NCBI GenBank assembly: GCA_964545465.1
Contig: CAZJFO010000001.1
Span: 1-63,351, forward strand
Source: an uncultured Neisseria sp.
Lineage (GTDB): Bacteria > Pseudomonadota > Gammaproteobacteria > Burkholderiales > UBA11063
Length of the DNA stretch: 63,351 nucleotides
Direction of reading: 5' to 3'
The notes beneath the pieces were generated by a model. The model worked only from the letters and a program-made list of their open reading frames with translations, was not told the DNA's origin and did no database searches. This document shows, piece after piece, positions 40,394 through 49,567 of this stretch. The translations under genes were made by a program, and so were the position numbers. Numbering within the stretch: position 1 is the first letter of the stretch; every line of letters starts with the position of its first letter.

Positions 40394-40395
40394 CC

Positions 40396-41640
40396 ATGTT
40401 AGTTCAAAAACATATTCTTTTAATTGGGGTTGCTGACTGGAATATAGAAACGCTCAAATATTCAATAAATTCTGGGCTAAAGATTACATTGATATTTAAT
40501 AACAATATTGTCCTTGAAAAAGACATTCAAGCAAAATTAAATAAAGTGATAGTTTGTGATATTACCAATATTCTATTATGTGTTTTACATGCTCAGGAGA
40601 TAAATAGTAAGGACAAACTTGATGGGGTGGTAACTTTTACAGAGTATGGTTTAGAGTCGGCTACTGCTATAAAAACACTATTAATGATAAATGGTAATGA
40701 TTTGTTACCTATAATCCTTACTAAAAATAAACAACTTATGCGTGAACATTTAAAAAAATATGCTCCTGAAATTTCTGTTCCCTACAAATTAATTCATAAC
40801 AAACAGGAGCTTATGGATTTTTGGGTGGCAATGGGGGGAGCTGTTATAATAAAACCAACTAAAGGGGGCGGTAGCATAAATGTAAAAAAAATTTTTAGCA
40901 AAGATAGTATAAAATCTTTAAATTATGATTTTACTCATGAAACATACATGGCAGAGTTGTATATTCCTGGGAATGATATATTAAATGTAGAGACTATTTC
41001 ATATAATGGACAACATGCATTAATTGTTATTGGGTTAGAAAAAATTTCAACTTCAGTAAATTCGTGTTGTATCACCGATATAATCTTACCAGCACCAAAT
41101 TTATCACCAGAATTAATAGAGAGAATATTTAATGCAGTTAGATCTTTTTTAAATGCAATTGATGTAAAAAATGGGATTAATCATACTGAAATCAAAATAT
41201 ATAATGACAAAATTTATTTAATAGAGTCTCAAGCAAGAATTGGTGGGGGATACATTTGGTATATGGCTCAGGAATATACCAAATATAAACAGATTGAGAT
41301 GTGTACTCGGTTATTTGCTGGTGAGCACATAACCTTACCAGCAAAATTTAATAATGATACTGGTATTATGTACCATAATATCTGGATTCTTTCAAATAAA
41401 CCTGGAAGGATCAAGCAAATTTATGGTTTTGAATCGATTAAACTTCACCCTAATATTATTCGGCTTGATATTAATATTAGTATTGGTCAGTTTATATCAT
41501 GCAGTCATGATACTACTGATCTTATTGGATATGCAATGTTAAAAGGCAAAGATTCTAATGAAATTAATAAAATTAGGCTAGAGTTAAGAGATAAGTTTTA
41601 TCTTGTTTATGATGATGAATCGATTATTATGGTATTTTAG
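40396..41640 (+). CDS. ATP-grasp amino-acid/peptide ligase
   Basis: NKQLMREHL, IIKPTKGGGSINV, AELYIPG, GINHTEIK...YLIESQARIGG. Confidence 0.88.
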   Translation: MLVQKHILLIGVADWNIETLKYSINSGLKITLIFNNNIVLEKDIQAKLNKVIVCDITNILLCVLHAQEINSKDKLDGVVTFTEYGLESATAIKTLLMINGNDLLPIILTKNKQLMREHLKKYAPEISVPYKLIHNKQELMDFWVAMGGAVIIKPTKGGGSINVKKIFSKDSIKSLNYDFTHETYMAELYIPGNDILNVETISYNGQHALIVIGLEKISTSVNSCCITDIILPAPNLSPELIERIFNAVRSFLNAIDVKNGINHTEIKIYNDKIYLIESQARIGGGYIWYMAQEYTKYKQIEMCTRLFAGEHITLPAKFNNDTGIMYHNIWILSNKPGRIKQIYGFESIKLHPNIIRLDINISIGQFISCSHDTTDLIGYAMLKGKDSNEINKIRLELRDKFYLVYDDESIIMVF

Positions 41641-41849
41641 ATTATTTGAACCTACCACATAAAATAGAAAAGCAGCAGTGTTTATTGCGTATAGAGATGA
41701 CTGAAGAGTAGCCCTATTAATATAGGTTTTTGTCTATTTAACCCTTGAATCTACATATACAAAGATCAATGAAATTAAAGTGCCAACTAATACTTTGGTA
41801 TAATAATTACTTAATATTAATTTTTTATATATTAGGTATCTAATAGTAA

Positions 41850-42653
41850 ATGCATCATCAGTTAGCAGTAATTGGGAATCCGATTGATCATAGCCTGTCA
41901 CCATTGATTTGGAGCTTATTTGCCAAAGAGTTTGGGGTTGCGCTTAACTATCAAAAAATACTGGCTAAAGACGAAAAAGATTTTGTTATTAAAGTACAGG
42001 ATTTTTTTAAAGCTGGTGGCATGGCAATCAATGTAACTAGCCCTTTTAAACAAAATGCCTTTTCTATATCAGATCTACAAACGTCAAGAGCGGCTTTTTG
42101 TAAAGCTACTAATTTTTTAAGTATAAATAATTTAGGGCAAATACTAGCTGATACTACTGATGGTGTTGGATTAGTCAATGATCTTATTTTAAATAAAAAT
42201 GAAAGTCTAGATAATAAAAATATCCTTATTATTGGTAGTGGTTTTGTTTTGGATTCTGTGTTGTTAGACTTAATCGCCCATAACCCCTTATCCATTGATG
42301 TTTTGGCACGTAATCAAAAGCGTATCGAGTTTTTGCATGATAAATTTGCAATCGATATTTTCACCGCACAAAAGAACTATGATATAATAATTAACACTAC
42401 TCCTAATTTACCAGACAACATTTTATTTAGTAAGGTAAAGTATATTAGTAATAATGTGTTATGTTATGATATGACATATACAAAAAGCGTCTTTCTAAGT
42501 ACTATGCTAAACGTAAATCCAAATATTCGTGTGTATAATGGTTTAGGAATGTTAGTTGAACAAGCCAGAGTGGCGTTTATTAAATTATTTACTCAAGCCC
42601 CAAACTCAAAAGTTGTGTTTGAAAATTTGTTTAAGATGGGATACAATGTCTAA
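41850..42653 (+). CDS. aroE: Shikimate dehydrogenase
   Basis: GNPIDHSLSP, NVTSPFK, TDGVGL, YDMTY, GLGMLVEQA. Confidence 0.92.
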   Translation: MHHQLAVIGNPIDHSLSPLIWSLFAKEFGVALNYQKILAKDEKDFVIKVQDFFKAGGMAINVTSPFKQNAFSISDLQTSRAAFCKATNFLSINNLGQILADTTDGVGLVNDLILNKNESLDNKNILIIGSGFVLDSVLLDLIAHNPLSIDVLARNQKRIEFLHDKFAIDIFTAQKNYDIIINTTPNLPDNILFSKVKYISNNVLCYDMTYTKSVFLSTMLNVNPNIRVYNGLGMLVEQARVAFIKLFTQAPNSKVVFENLFKMGYNV

Positions 42654-43668
42654 TTTATTACTTTTGCTCGTTAGCCTAATATTTATTGTAATCAGTAGTA
42701 ACTTATTTTGTAATGCTTTGGAGCATTTAGGCGAAAGGCTTGGGGTTTCTGAGGGGGTTACTGGCTCAATTCTTGCCGCAGTTGGTACAGCATTGCCAGA
42801 AACTATTATTCCAATCTTGGCTATTTTAAGTTCACATCTAGGAATTGCTAATAAAGAGATTGGAGTAGGTGCAATTCTTGGGGCTCCTTTGATGTTGTCA
42901 ACATTATCAGTATTTGTAATGGCGATATCGGTAATACCCAAGCGCGGTTTAAATGGGGTAATTAAGCCAGAACATATTGGCATTAGGCGTGATTTAGGTT
43001 TTTTTTTCGTAGGCTACGGTTTAGCTTTTGTGGCAGTGTTTTTACAGAATTTTAGATTTAGTCATTTGATTAATGTCTTAATTGCAATTACTCTAATTGT
43101 TAGTTATTTAATATACCTAATGCTCACAATTAGGGCGTCCTCTGATTTGACACTTGAGGGTCATGGAACTCATGCAGATAGTAAGCTTGCTATACAATCT
43201 TTGGGCTTTAGGTATGGTAAAGTAAGTATTTCATTGCAGTTAAGTGTAGCTTTAATGATGTTGATTTATTTTGCGGGAATATTTATCGATGGTGTAAATA
43301 ATGTAGCTACACTATATAATCTGTCGCCATTTGTGCTATCATTAATTATTATACCTATTGCAACTGAAATGCCTGAGAAAGTTAATAGTATAATTTGGCT
43401 AAGGCATGGTCGAGATACTTTGGCAATTGGTAATATTACTGGTGCAATGGTGTTTCAAGGTACGCTATTGCCAGTAATCGGAATCTTATTTACCGATTGG
43501 TCATTAAATAGTCGACTTACTTTATTAAGTATTTTTTTTACCTTATGTGCAACTATGTGGGTATTCTTACATGTGATTCGTAAAGATTTAAGGGTCTGGC
43601 ATTTTTTAGTCAATGGAGTCTTGTATGTGGTTAACCTAGGTATTTGTGCCTACTTTTTTTATCGGTAA
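42646..43668 (+). CDS. Sodium:calcium exchanger (CaCA) family antiporter
   Basis: Two alpha repeats, AVGTALPE and PIATEMPE...GNITGA; ATG 42646. Confidence 0.88.
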   Translation: MSNLLLLLVSLIFIVISSNLFCNALEHLGERLGVSEGVTGSILAAVGTALPETIIPILAILSSHLGIANKEIGVGAILGAPLMLSTLSVFVMAISVIPKRGLNGVIKPEHIGIRRDLGFFFVGYGLAFVAVFLQNFRFSHLINVLIAITLIVSYLIYLMLTIRASSDLTLEGHGTHADSKLAIQSLGFRYGKVSISLQLSVALMMLIYFAGIFIDGVNNVATLYNLSPFVLSLIIIPIATEMPEKVNSIIWLRHGRDTLAIGNITGAMVFQGTLLPVIGILFTDWSLNSRLTLLSIFFTLCATMWVFLHVIRKDLRVWHFLVNGVLYVVNLGICAYFFYR

Positions 43669-43671
43669 TAT

Positions 43672-44382
43672 ATGTTACAACAGTTTTATCGCACATCCAT
43701 TTTACTTGGTGAAGAAAAAGTTTTGCATTTAACTAAATCTCATGTTATTGTTGCAGGGGTCGGTGGTGTTGGTGGTCAAGTGGTCGAGTCTCTAGCCCGT
43801 GCTGGTGTTGGTAAGATTACAATTATAGATAATGATACAGTAGATGTCACCAATATCAATAGGCAGTTGATAGCAACTCTTCCAGATGTAGGACAAGCAA
43901 AAGTAGAAGTATTCTATAGGCGTATTATGAGTATTAACCCAGAATGTGAAGTTAATCTTATACAAAAATTCATTAATGAAGATAATCTGTCAGAGCTTAT
44001 CGATAATTCAGTTGATTATGTGATTGATTGCATCGACACTGTACCTTCAAAAATAGCCATGCTACGCTATTGTTATACTAATAAAATAAAAATTGTATCA
44101 AGCATGGGTGCTGGGAATCGTTATGATGTAAGATATGTAAAGCTTGCTGACATTAGTAAGACCAAAATGTGCGCTCTTGCACGAGTAATTAGGCTAGGGC
44201 TTAAGAAATATGGTATAAATAAAGGAATTATGGTAGCATATTCAGATGAGCCAGGAGCAAAACCATTGCTACAATCTAAGGGGCTACGCCCTATTAATGG
44301 CACGATTAGTTTTCTACCACCATTATTCGGATTAATGTTAGTTGGGTATGTCTTAAAGAGAATTATTGATGAAAAGAGGTAG
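43672..44382 (+). CDS. tcdA: tRNA threonylcarbamoyladenosine dehydratase (ThiF family)
   Basis: GVGGVGG, LARAGVG, TNINRQ, DCID, SSMGAG, LARVIR. Confidence 0.88.
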   Translation: MLQQFYRTSILLGEEKVLHLTKSHVIVAGVGGVGGQVVESLARAGVGKITIIDNDTVDVTNINRQLIATLPDVGQAKVEVFYRRIMSINPECEVNLIQKFINEDNLSELIDNSVDYVIDCIDTVPSKIAMLRYCYTNKIKIVSSMGAGNRYDVRYVKLADISKTKMCALARVIRLGLKKYGINKGIMVAYSDEPGAKPLLQSKGLRPINGTISFLPPLFGLMLVGYVLKRIIDEKR

Positions 44383-44477
44383 GTGAGCCTGACCCTTGGC
44401 ACTTGTTAAACCCACATGTGGCTGCTTCGTTCCCGACCTGACCAAGTTTTGTAGCTAACAATGCAAGGAGACCCACC
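44382..44477 (-). ncRNA. ffs: Bacterial small SRP (4.5S) RNA
   Basis: Minus strand reads GGTGGGTCTCC...TGGTCAGGTCGGGAACGAAGCAGCCA...AGGCTCACC: conserved helix-8 motif with paired ends. Confidence 0.93.
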
Positions 44478-44487
44478 ATTGAAGTTG

Positions 44488-44820
44488 CTAGAAAGGTAGT
44501 TTTAGTCCGCCAAGTCCACCCATAGGCATCCCCGCAGTAACACTTCCCATTCGCGCATTAGATTGTTCTTCGATCTTACGTGTAGCATCATTAACTGCTG
44601 CAGCAATAAGGTCTTCCAACATTTCTTTATCGTCCATAACCGCAGGATCGATAGTAACTTTTTTTAAATCATGTTTGCCAGTCATTATAACTTTGATCAT
44701 TCCAGCACCAGACTCCCCATGAACTTCAAGTCTAGCTATTTCTTCTTGTGCTTTTTGCAGGTTATTTTGCATTTCCTGAGCTTTTTTCATCATGCCAGCA
44801 ATTTGGCCTTTATCGAACAT
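44488..44820 (-). CDS. ybaB: YbaB/EbfC nucleoid-associated protein
   Basis: [34 protein letters not shown]-terminal KLPF. Confidence 0.95.
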   Translation of the reverse strand: MFDKGQIAGMMKKAQEMQNNLQKAQEEIARLEVHGESGAGMIKVIMTGKHDLKKVTIDPAVMDDKEMLEDLIAAAVNDATRKIEEQSNARMGSVTAGMPMGGLGGLKLPF

Positions 44821-44832
44821 ACTAAATCCTAA

Positions 44833-46437
44833 TTAAATTGGTTTGATACTTTCTGGCAATATTTTAGCAGAAATTGCACTACATACTTCAACTAAATATT
44901 CATCATCCATAATTGCTTGTTCCGCAAGTAGTTGTTTTTGCTCAGTATCTAGGGTTATTTTTTCTTTTAGGGTGTCGCCAACTTTTTCTGCAAAATCAAC
45001 TATTACTGATATTTTACATAAAAAATATTCACTTAATGTTTGTTCCAGTTGCCCAATTAGTTTTGGGGTTAGCGCACTTTGATAGCGAGCATCAAGGGTT
45101 AAATTAAAACTTGATTCAGTATAGCTATTTAATTTTGCATTTTCTAGGAGTGAGTATAGAATTCCTAGCTTATCTTGAAGTGATATTACCAAATCAAACC
45201 ACTTTCCATTAAAAGTGATTTCTTTAGGCTCTGGTGGTGTTGAAGTGTGTTCGATAGTATCTACGTTAGTGTTAATTGTTTGAGTAGTTTCCTTTACTGG
45301 GGTAGTCTTCTCAGGCTGTGGTTCTATTTTGAAATTATTTTGCTCTAAAGTAAAGGATTTTTGTTTATCACTACCTATATTAAAAGCTAACATTCTTAGC
45401 ATTGTCATCACAAAAACAGGGTATTTATCACGAGTTTTGTGTAATTGTTCTATTCCTAAATTAGCTATTTCAAAGTATAGTTGAATATCATTAACACTGA
45501 TTTTATCGATATATTTATGAAGCTCTATAGGGCAAGTTACTGCTCCTAGTTGAGCTAAGTTTAGGCTACAAAGTTTTTGTTGAAGGCTTATGAGTACATT
45601 TTCTAAATCATCACCGCTATTATTCAGAGTGTTAATTGAATCCATTAACATTTTACCGTCAAGTCTGCTTAATGCATCTAATAAATTATGAATCATATCA
45701 TCATTCGTCAAAGATAGCATATCAGATACGGTAATAGATGTTATATTATCATTACTAAAAGCAATTGCTTGATCAAGGATAGATAATGCATCTCGCATAC
45801 TTCCATTTGCAGCTGTTGCAATTAGGTTAAGAGCTTCAAGCTCATGTTTTTTATTTTCAGTATCAAGAACAAATGCTAAGTATTGACTGATTTCATTTAC
45901 TGATAAGTTGCGTAGTTTTAATTGTAAACACCTTGATAGTATAGTTGCTGGTACCTTTTGTAAATCAGTTGTTGCAAGAATGAATATTACATGACTTGGA
46001 GGTTCTTCTAGGGTTTTTAACATTGCATTAAATGCTGATTTGGATAGCATATGCACTTCATCAATAATGTACACTTTATACCGACCAGATGAAGGAGCAT
46101 AGTATGCATTGTCAATTAGTTCGCGGATATTATCAACTCCAGTATTGGATGCTGCATCAATTTCAATTACATCGACAAAGCTAGCACTATCAATTGCTAA
46201 ACAGTTATCACAAGTAGTACAAGGTTCACCCTCAATAAGGTTTAGGCAGTTTACGGCTTTGGCGATAATCCTTGCAATAGTTGTTTTACCAACGCCTCGG
46301 GTACCTGTTAGTAAATATGCGTGGTGTAATTTATTGTTATGTATGATATTGGTTAAAATTTTAACAGTGTTGGTTTGTCCGATTAGGTCGGCAAATTTTT
46401 TGGGGCGCCATTTGCGAGCTAAGACAGTATGTTGCAT
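44833..46437 (-). CDS. dnaX: DNA polymerase III gamma/tau subunit
   Basis: LARKWRP, GTRGVGKTT, EIDAAS, IIDEVHML, LKTLEEPP, SRC, GSMRDALS. Confidence 0.97.
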   Translation of the reverse strand: MQHTVLARKWRPKKFADLIGQTNTVKILTNIIHNNKLHHAYLLTGTRGVGKTTIARIIAKAVNCLNLIEGEPCTTCDNCLAIDSASFVDVIEIDAASNTGVDNIRELIDNAYYAPSSGRYKVYIIDEVHMLSKSAFNAMLKTLEEPPSHVIFILATTDLQKVPATILSRCLQLKLRNLSVNEISQYLAFVLDTENKKHELEALNLIATAANGSMRDALSILDQAIAFSNDNITSITVSDMLSLTNDDMIHNLLDALSRLDGKMLMDSINTLNNSGDDLENVLISLQQKLCSLNLAQLGAVTCPIELHKYIDKISVNDIQLYFEIANLGIEQLHKTRDKYPVFVMTMLRMLAFNIGSDKQKSFTLEQNNFKIEPQPEKTTPVKETTQTINTNVDTIEHTSTPPEPKEITFNGKWFDLVISLQDKLGILYSLLENAKLNSYTESSFNLTLDARYQSALTPKLIGQLEQTLSEYFLCKISVIVDFAEKVGDTLKEKITLDTEQKQLLAEQAIMDDEYLVEVCSAISAKILPESIKPI

Positions 46438-46564
46438 TATTTAACCTTATTTAATATGTGATTTATCAAGATTTTACCATAAGAAAATCCTTAAGCGTAT
46501 TTAAAATGTCTAGATATATGCTAAAATACTCTACTTATAGTAATATTTATAGTTCAAGGATAAT

Positions 46565-47563
46565 ATGGTTAATGTACATACTAAATTTAAATTACTAGCT
46601 AAAGTATTATTGGTTGGCTTTGTGTTTTGTGCTTCAATACTTGGTTATACGGTATTTTATCCATACAAAATACCCAACAATTCTTATCAATTAGTAGTTG
46701 ATGTTAATGAGAGTGTCTCTGGAATATCTACTGATTTATCTGAACATGATATAATCAAAAATAAATTTATATTTCGTAGCTTATTACGCTTATTAAGACG
46801 TGATAGAAATGTTGCTGCTGGGTTGTATTTTTTAAAAAACAGTATGTCTACTTGGGATATTATAGCTCGAATTACTAATGGTAAGCCTGATCAAATAAGC
46901 GTGACTTTTATTGATGGTTGGAGTATTGAGCAAGTTAGAAATTATGTAAATGGATTATCTAATATTCAGCATACTACTGACAAGCTTACTGATGAAGAGT
47001 TAAGGTCTTCACTCAAAATTGAATACCCAAGTCTTGAAGGTTTGTTTTATCCTTCAACATATTTTATAGCTCCTAACCAAACTGATCTGGAAATATATCA
47101 ACAATCTTATCGCCTAATGCAAAGAAAGTTAACCGAGTTATATGCCAAAAGAAGCACGGTAAGTGTTTATAGTAACCCCTACCAAATGCTTACAATGGCA
47201 AGTTTAATCCAAAAAGAAACTAGCAATAAGGAAGATATGTTCTTGGTTGCAACAGTATTTAATAATCGGATAAAAAACAGTATGAAACTACAAGATGATC
47301 CATCTGTATTTTATGGATTAAAGCATCAAAAAACTGTAAGGCGTAAGAGTTTTCAAATAGATACCCCTTACAATACCTATACTAGGTTTGGTTTGCCACC
47401 AACACCAATATGTATTCCATCATACAAAGCTATGCTTGCAGCTAGTCAGCCCCAGGATAACCCAGATTTATTATATTTTTTGGCTATTGGTAGTGGTAAA
47501 ACCAAGTTTTCTAAAACCTATAGTGAACATAAGTCAGCAATAAACAAATATTTGAACAAATAG
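46565..47563 (+). CDS. mltG: Endolytic transglycosylase MltG
   Basis: LEGLFYPSTY, MASLIQKE, VFNNR...MKLQDDP, PYNTY...GLPPTPI. Confidence 0.93.
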   Translation: MVNVHTKFKLLAKVLLVGFVFCASILGYTVFYPYKIPNNSYQLVVDVNESVSGISTDLSEHDIIKNKFIFRSLLRLLRRDRNVAAGLYFLKNSMSTWDIIARITNGKPDQISVTFIDGWSIEQVRNYVNGLSNIQHTTDKLTDEELRSSLKIEYPSLEGLFYPSTYFIAPNQTDLEIYQQSYRLMQRKLTELYAKRSTVSVYSNPYQMLTMASLIQKETSNKEDMFLVATVFNNRIKNSMKLQDDPSVFYGLKHQKTVRRKSFQIDTPYNTYTRFGLPPTPICIPSYKAMLAASQPQDNPDLLYFLAIGSGKTKFSKTYSEHKSAINKYLNK

Positions 47564-47572
47564 GATAAATAT

Positions 47573-48202
47573 ATGAGAGGTTTATTTATTTCAGTTGAGG
47601 GAATTGATGGAGCAGGCAAATCTACTCACGTAAATTTTATTAGTAATTATCTAAAAGATAAAGGCTATGAAGTTGTTACTACAAGAGAGCCAGGGGGAAC
47701 CGTATTAGGTGAAAAGATTCGTGATTTATTATTACATCACAATGAGGAAATTCATCGGATTACTGAATTGTTATTAATGTTTGCATCTCGTCAGCAATTA
47801 ATAGCTCAGTTAATTGAACCAAATTTAGTTAAAGGTGTATGTGTTATAGCCGATAGGTTTATTGATGCATCAATTGCTTATCAAGCTTATGGACGCGGTA
47901 TTGGGAGAGATAAGCTAGATAAAGTTATTTCTCTACTGGAGCCAAATTATACAACTGATCTCACCTTTTTATTTGATATTCCCCTAAATCTGGCTTTTAC
48001 TAGGTTAAACAAAAATAGACAAAAAGATAGAATTGAGCAAGAAACCGTAGATTTTTTTGCTGACGTGCAAAATGCCTACCAGATGATTGCCAAAAATGAA
48101 CCTGATAGGGTAAAGGTTATAACAACAAATCAAGTAAAAGAAAAAACTAGGGTACTACTTGCTTCTTATTTAGATCAATTGATAAAAAAACGGATAAGTT
48201 AA
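47573..48202 (+). CDS. tmk: Thymidylate kinase
   Basis: FISVEGIDGAGKST, TREPGGT, DRFIDASIAYQ, DRIEQE. Confidence 0.96.
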   Translation: MRGLFISVEGIDGAGKSTHVNFISNYLKDKGYEVVTTREPGGTVLGEKIRDLLLHHNEEIHRITELLLMFASRQQLIAQLIEPNLVKGVCVIADRFIDASIAYQAYGRGIGRDKLDKVISLLEPNYTTDLTFLFDIPLNLAFTRLNKNRQKDRIEQETVDFFADVQNAYQMIAKNEPDRVKVITTNQVKEKTRVLLASYLDQLIKKRIS

Positions 48203-49152
48203 TGATTGATAAAATATATCCGTGGCAAACAGATGATTTCCATTATCTCCTTAAACTAAAAGTAAGAATGCCTCAGGCTTTATTAATCGATGGAGCAAAA
48301 GGTCTTGGCGGAGTTAATCTTGCAAATGCTTTTATTCAAAGCTTGTTCTGTGAAAATCCTGATTTACAGGGTAAATACTGTGGGCTATGCAGTTCTTGTT
48401 CTTTATATAGTCTTAATTCGCATCCCGATTATTATTGTTTAAATGTAGAAGAAGATGAGAAGTTAATTACTATTTCTAGTGTTCGCGATACAACTGAATT
48501 TTTGTCAGTTTCACCCCATTTAGGGCGCCATAAAGTAGTTTTGGTAGAAGATGCGAATTTACTAAATATCAATAGTAGTAACGCATTATTAAAAATTCTT
48601 GAGGAGCCACCTAGCTATGCCGTATTTATACTTCTAAGTGATAATGTTGGGAGGCTTTTACCAACTATTATAAGTCGGTGTCAAAAATATAAATTATCAG
48701 TTCCCGATATAAATGTAGCAAATACTTATTTAGCAGATAAAAATATTGCAAACTCGGAGTTTTGGCTTAGATATAATAATAACTGCCCATTATTTAATAT
48801 TGAAATTACTGAAGAACAGTTTGATTTATTAATTAAAGTATTATCAAAACCAAGTGTAGATAAAATCTATGACTTTACCAGTAGTATTGAGAATAAAAAT
48901 AATACTATAATATTTGAATTTATTATAAAGTGGCTTAGTGATTTAATTAGTTATAAATTAACTGGGATACTTAAATATTTTATAGCTTATGAAGGTGCTT
49001 TTATTGAATTATCTGCAAAAGAAAATATTAGTAAAACTTTCTATTTACAGGATAGATTAAATTTTTTATTAGAGTGGGCAAGTCATTCTCTTAATCATAA
49101 GTTACAGATGGAAAATATTTTATTTCAATACCAACAAGTTTTTGTCAAGTAG
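48202..49152 (+). CDS. holB: DNA polymerase III delta' subunit
   Basis: IYPWQ, CGLCSSC...HPD, NALLKILEEPP, LLPTIISRC; mltG-tmk-holB synteny. Confidence 0.93.
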   Translation: MIDKIYPWQTDDFHYLLKLKVRMPQALLIDGAKGLGGVNLANAFIQSLFCENPDLQGKYCGLCSSCSLYSLNSHPDYYCLNVEEDEKLITISSVRDTTEFLSVSPHLGRHKVVLVEDANLLNINSSNALLKILEEPPSYAVFILLSDNVGRLLPTIISRCQKYKLSVPDINVANTYLADKNIANSEFWLRYNNNCPLFNIEITEEQFDLLIKVLSKPSVDKIYDFTSSIENKNNTIIFEFIIKWLSDLISYKLTGILKYFIAYEGAFIELSAKENISKTFYLQDRLNFLLEWASHSLNHKLQMENILFQYQQVFVK

Positions 49153-49171
49153 TCTATACTAAGGTTTTCAT

Positions 49172-49564
49172 ATGTTATTTGATTCAATACATCATATTGC
49201 TATAATTTGTTCAGATTATCAAAAATCAAAGTATTTTTATACTGAAATTCTTGGCTTTAAAGTGATTCACGAAGCTTATCGTGAGCAGCGCTTATCTTAT
49301 AAGCTTGATTTGGCAGTTGGTGGCAATATCCAAGTAGAGTTGTTTTCTTTCCATAATCCACCAAAGAGAGTGTCAGGTGCTTCAGGAGAAGCATGTGGGT
49401 TACGCCATTTGGCATTTGCTGTAAAAGATATTGATGCTACAGTTAAACATTTGCAAGCATTCAATATATTTGTTGAACCGATTAGGGTTGATGAATATAC
49501 CGGCAAAAAATTCACATTCTTTGCCGACCCAGATGGTTTACCTTTAGAAATTTATTCTAGATAG
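49172..49564 (+). CDS. VOC/glyoxalase family protein (YaeR-like)
   Basis: IHHIAIICSDY...SYKLDL...ELFSF...GLRHLAF...FFADPDGLPLE. Confidence 0.9.
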   Translation: MLFDSIHHIAIICSDYQKSKYFYTEILGFKVIHEAYREQRLSYKLDLAVGGNIQVELFSFHNPPKRVSGASGEACGLRHLAFAVKDIDATVKHLQAFNIFVEPIRVDEYTGKKFTFFADPDGLPLEIYSR

Positions 49565-49567
49565 CAA

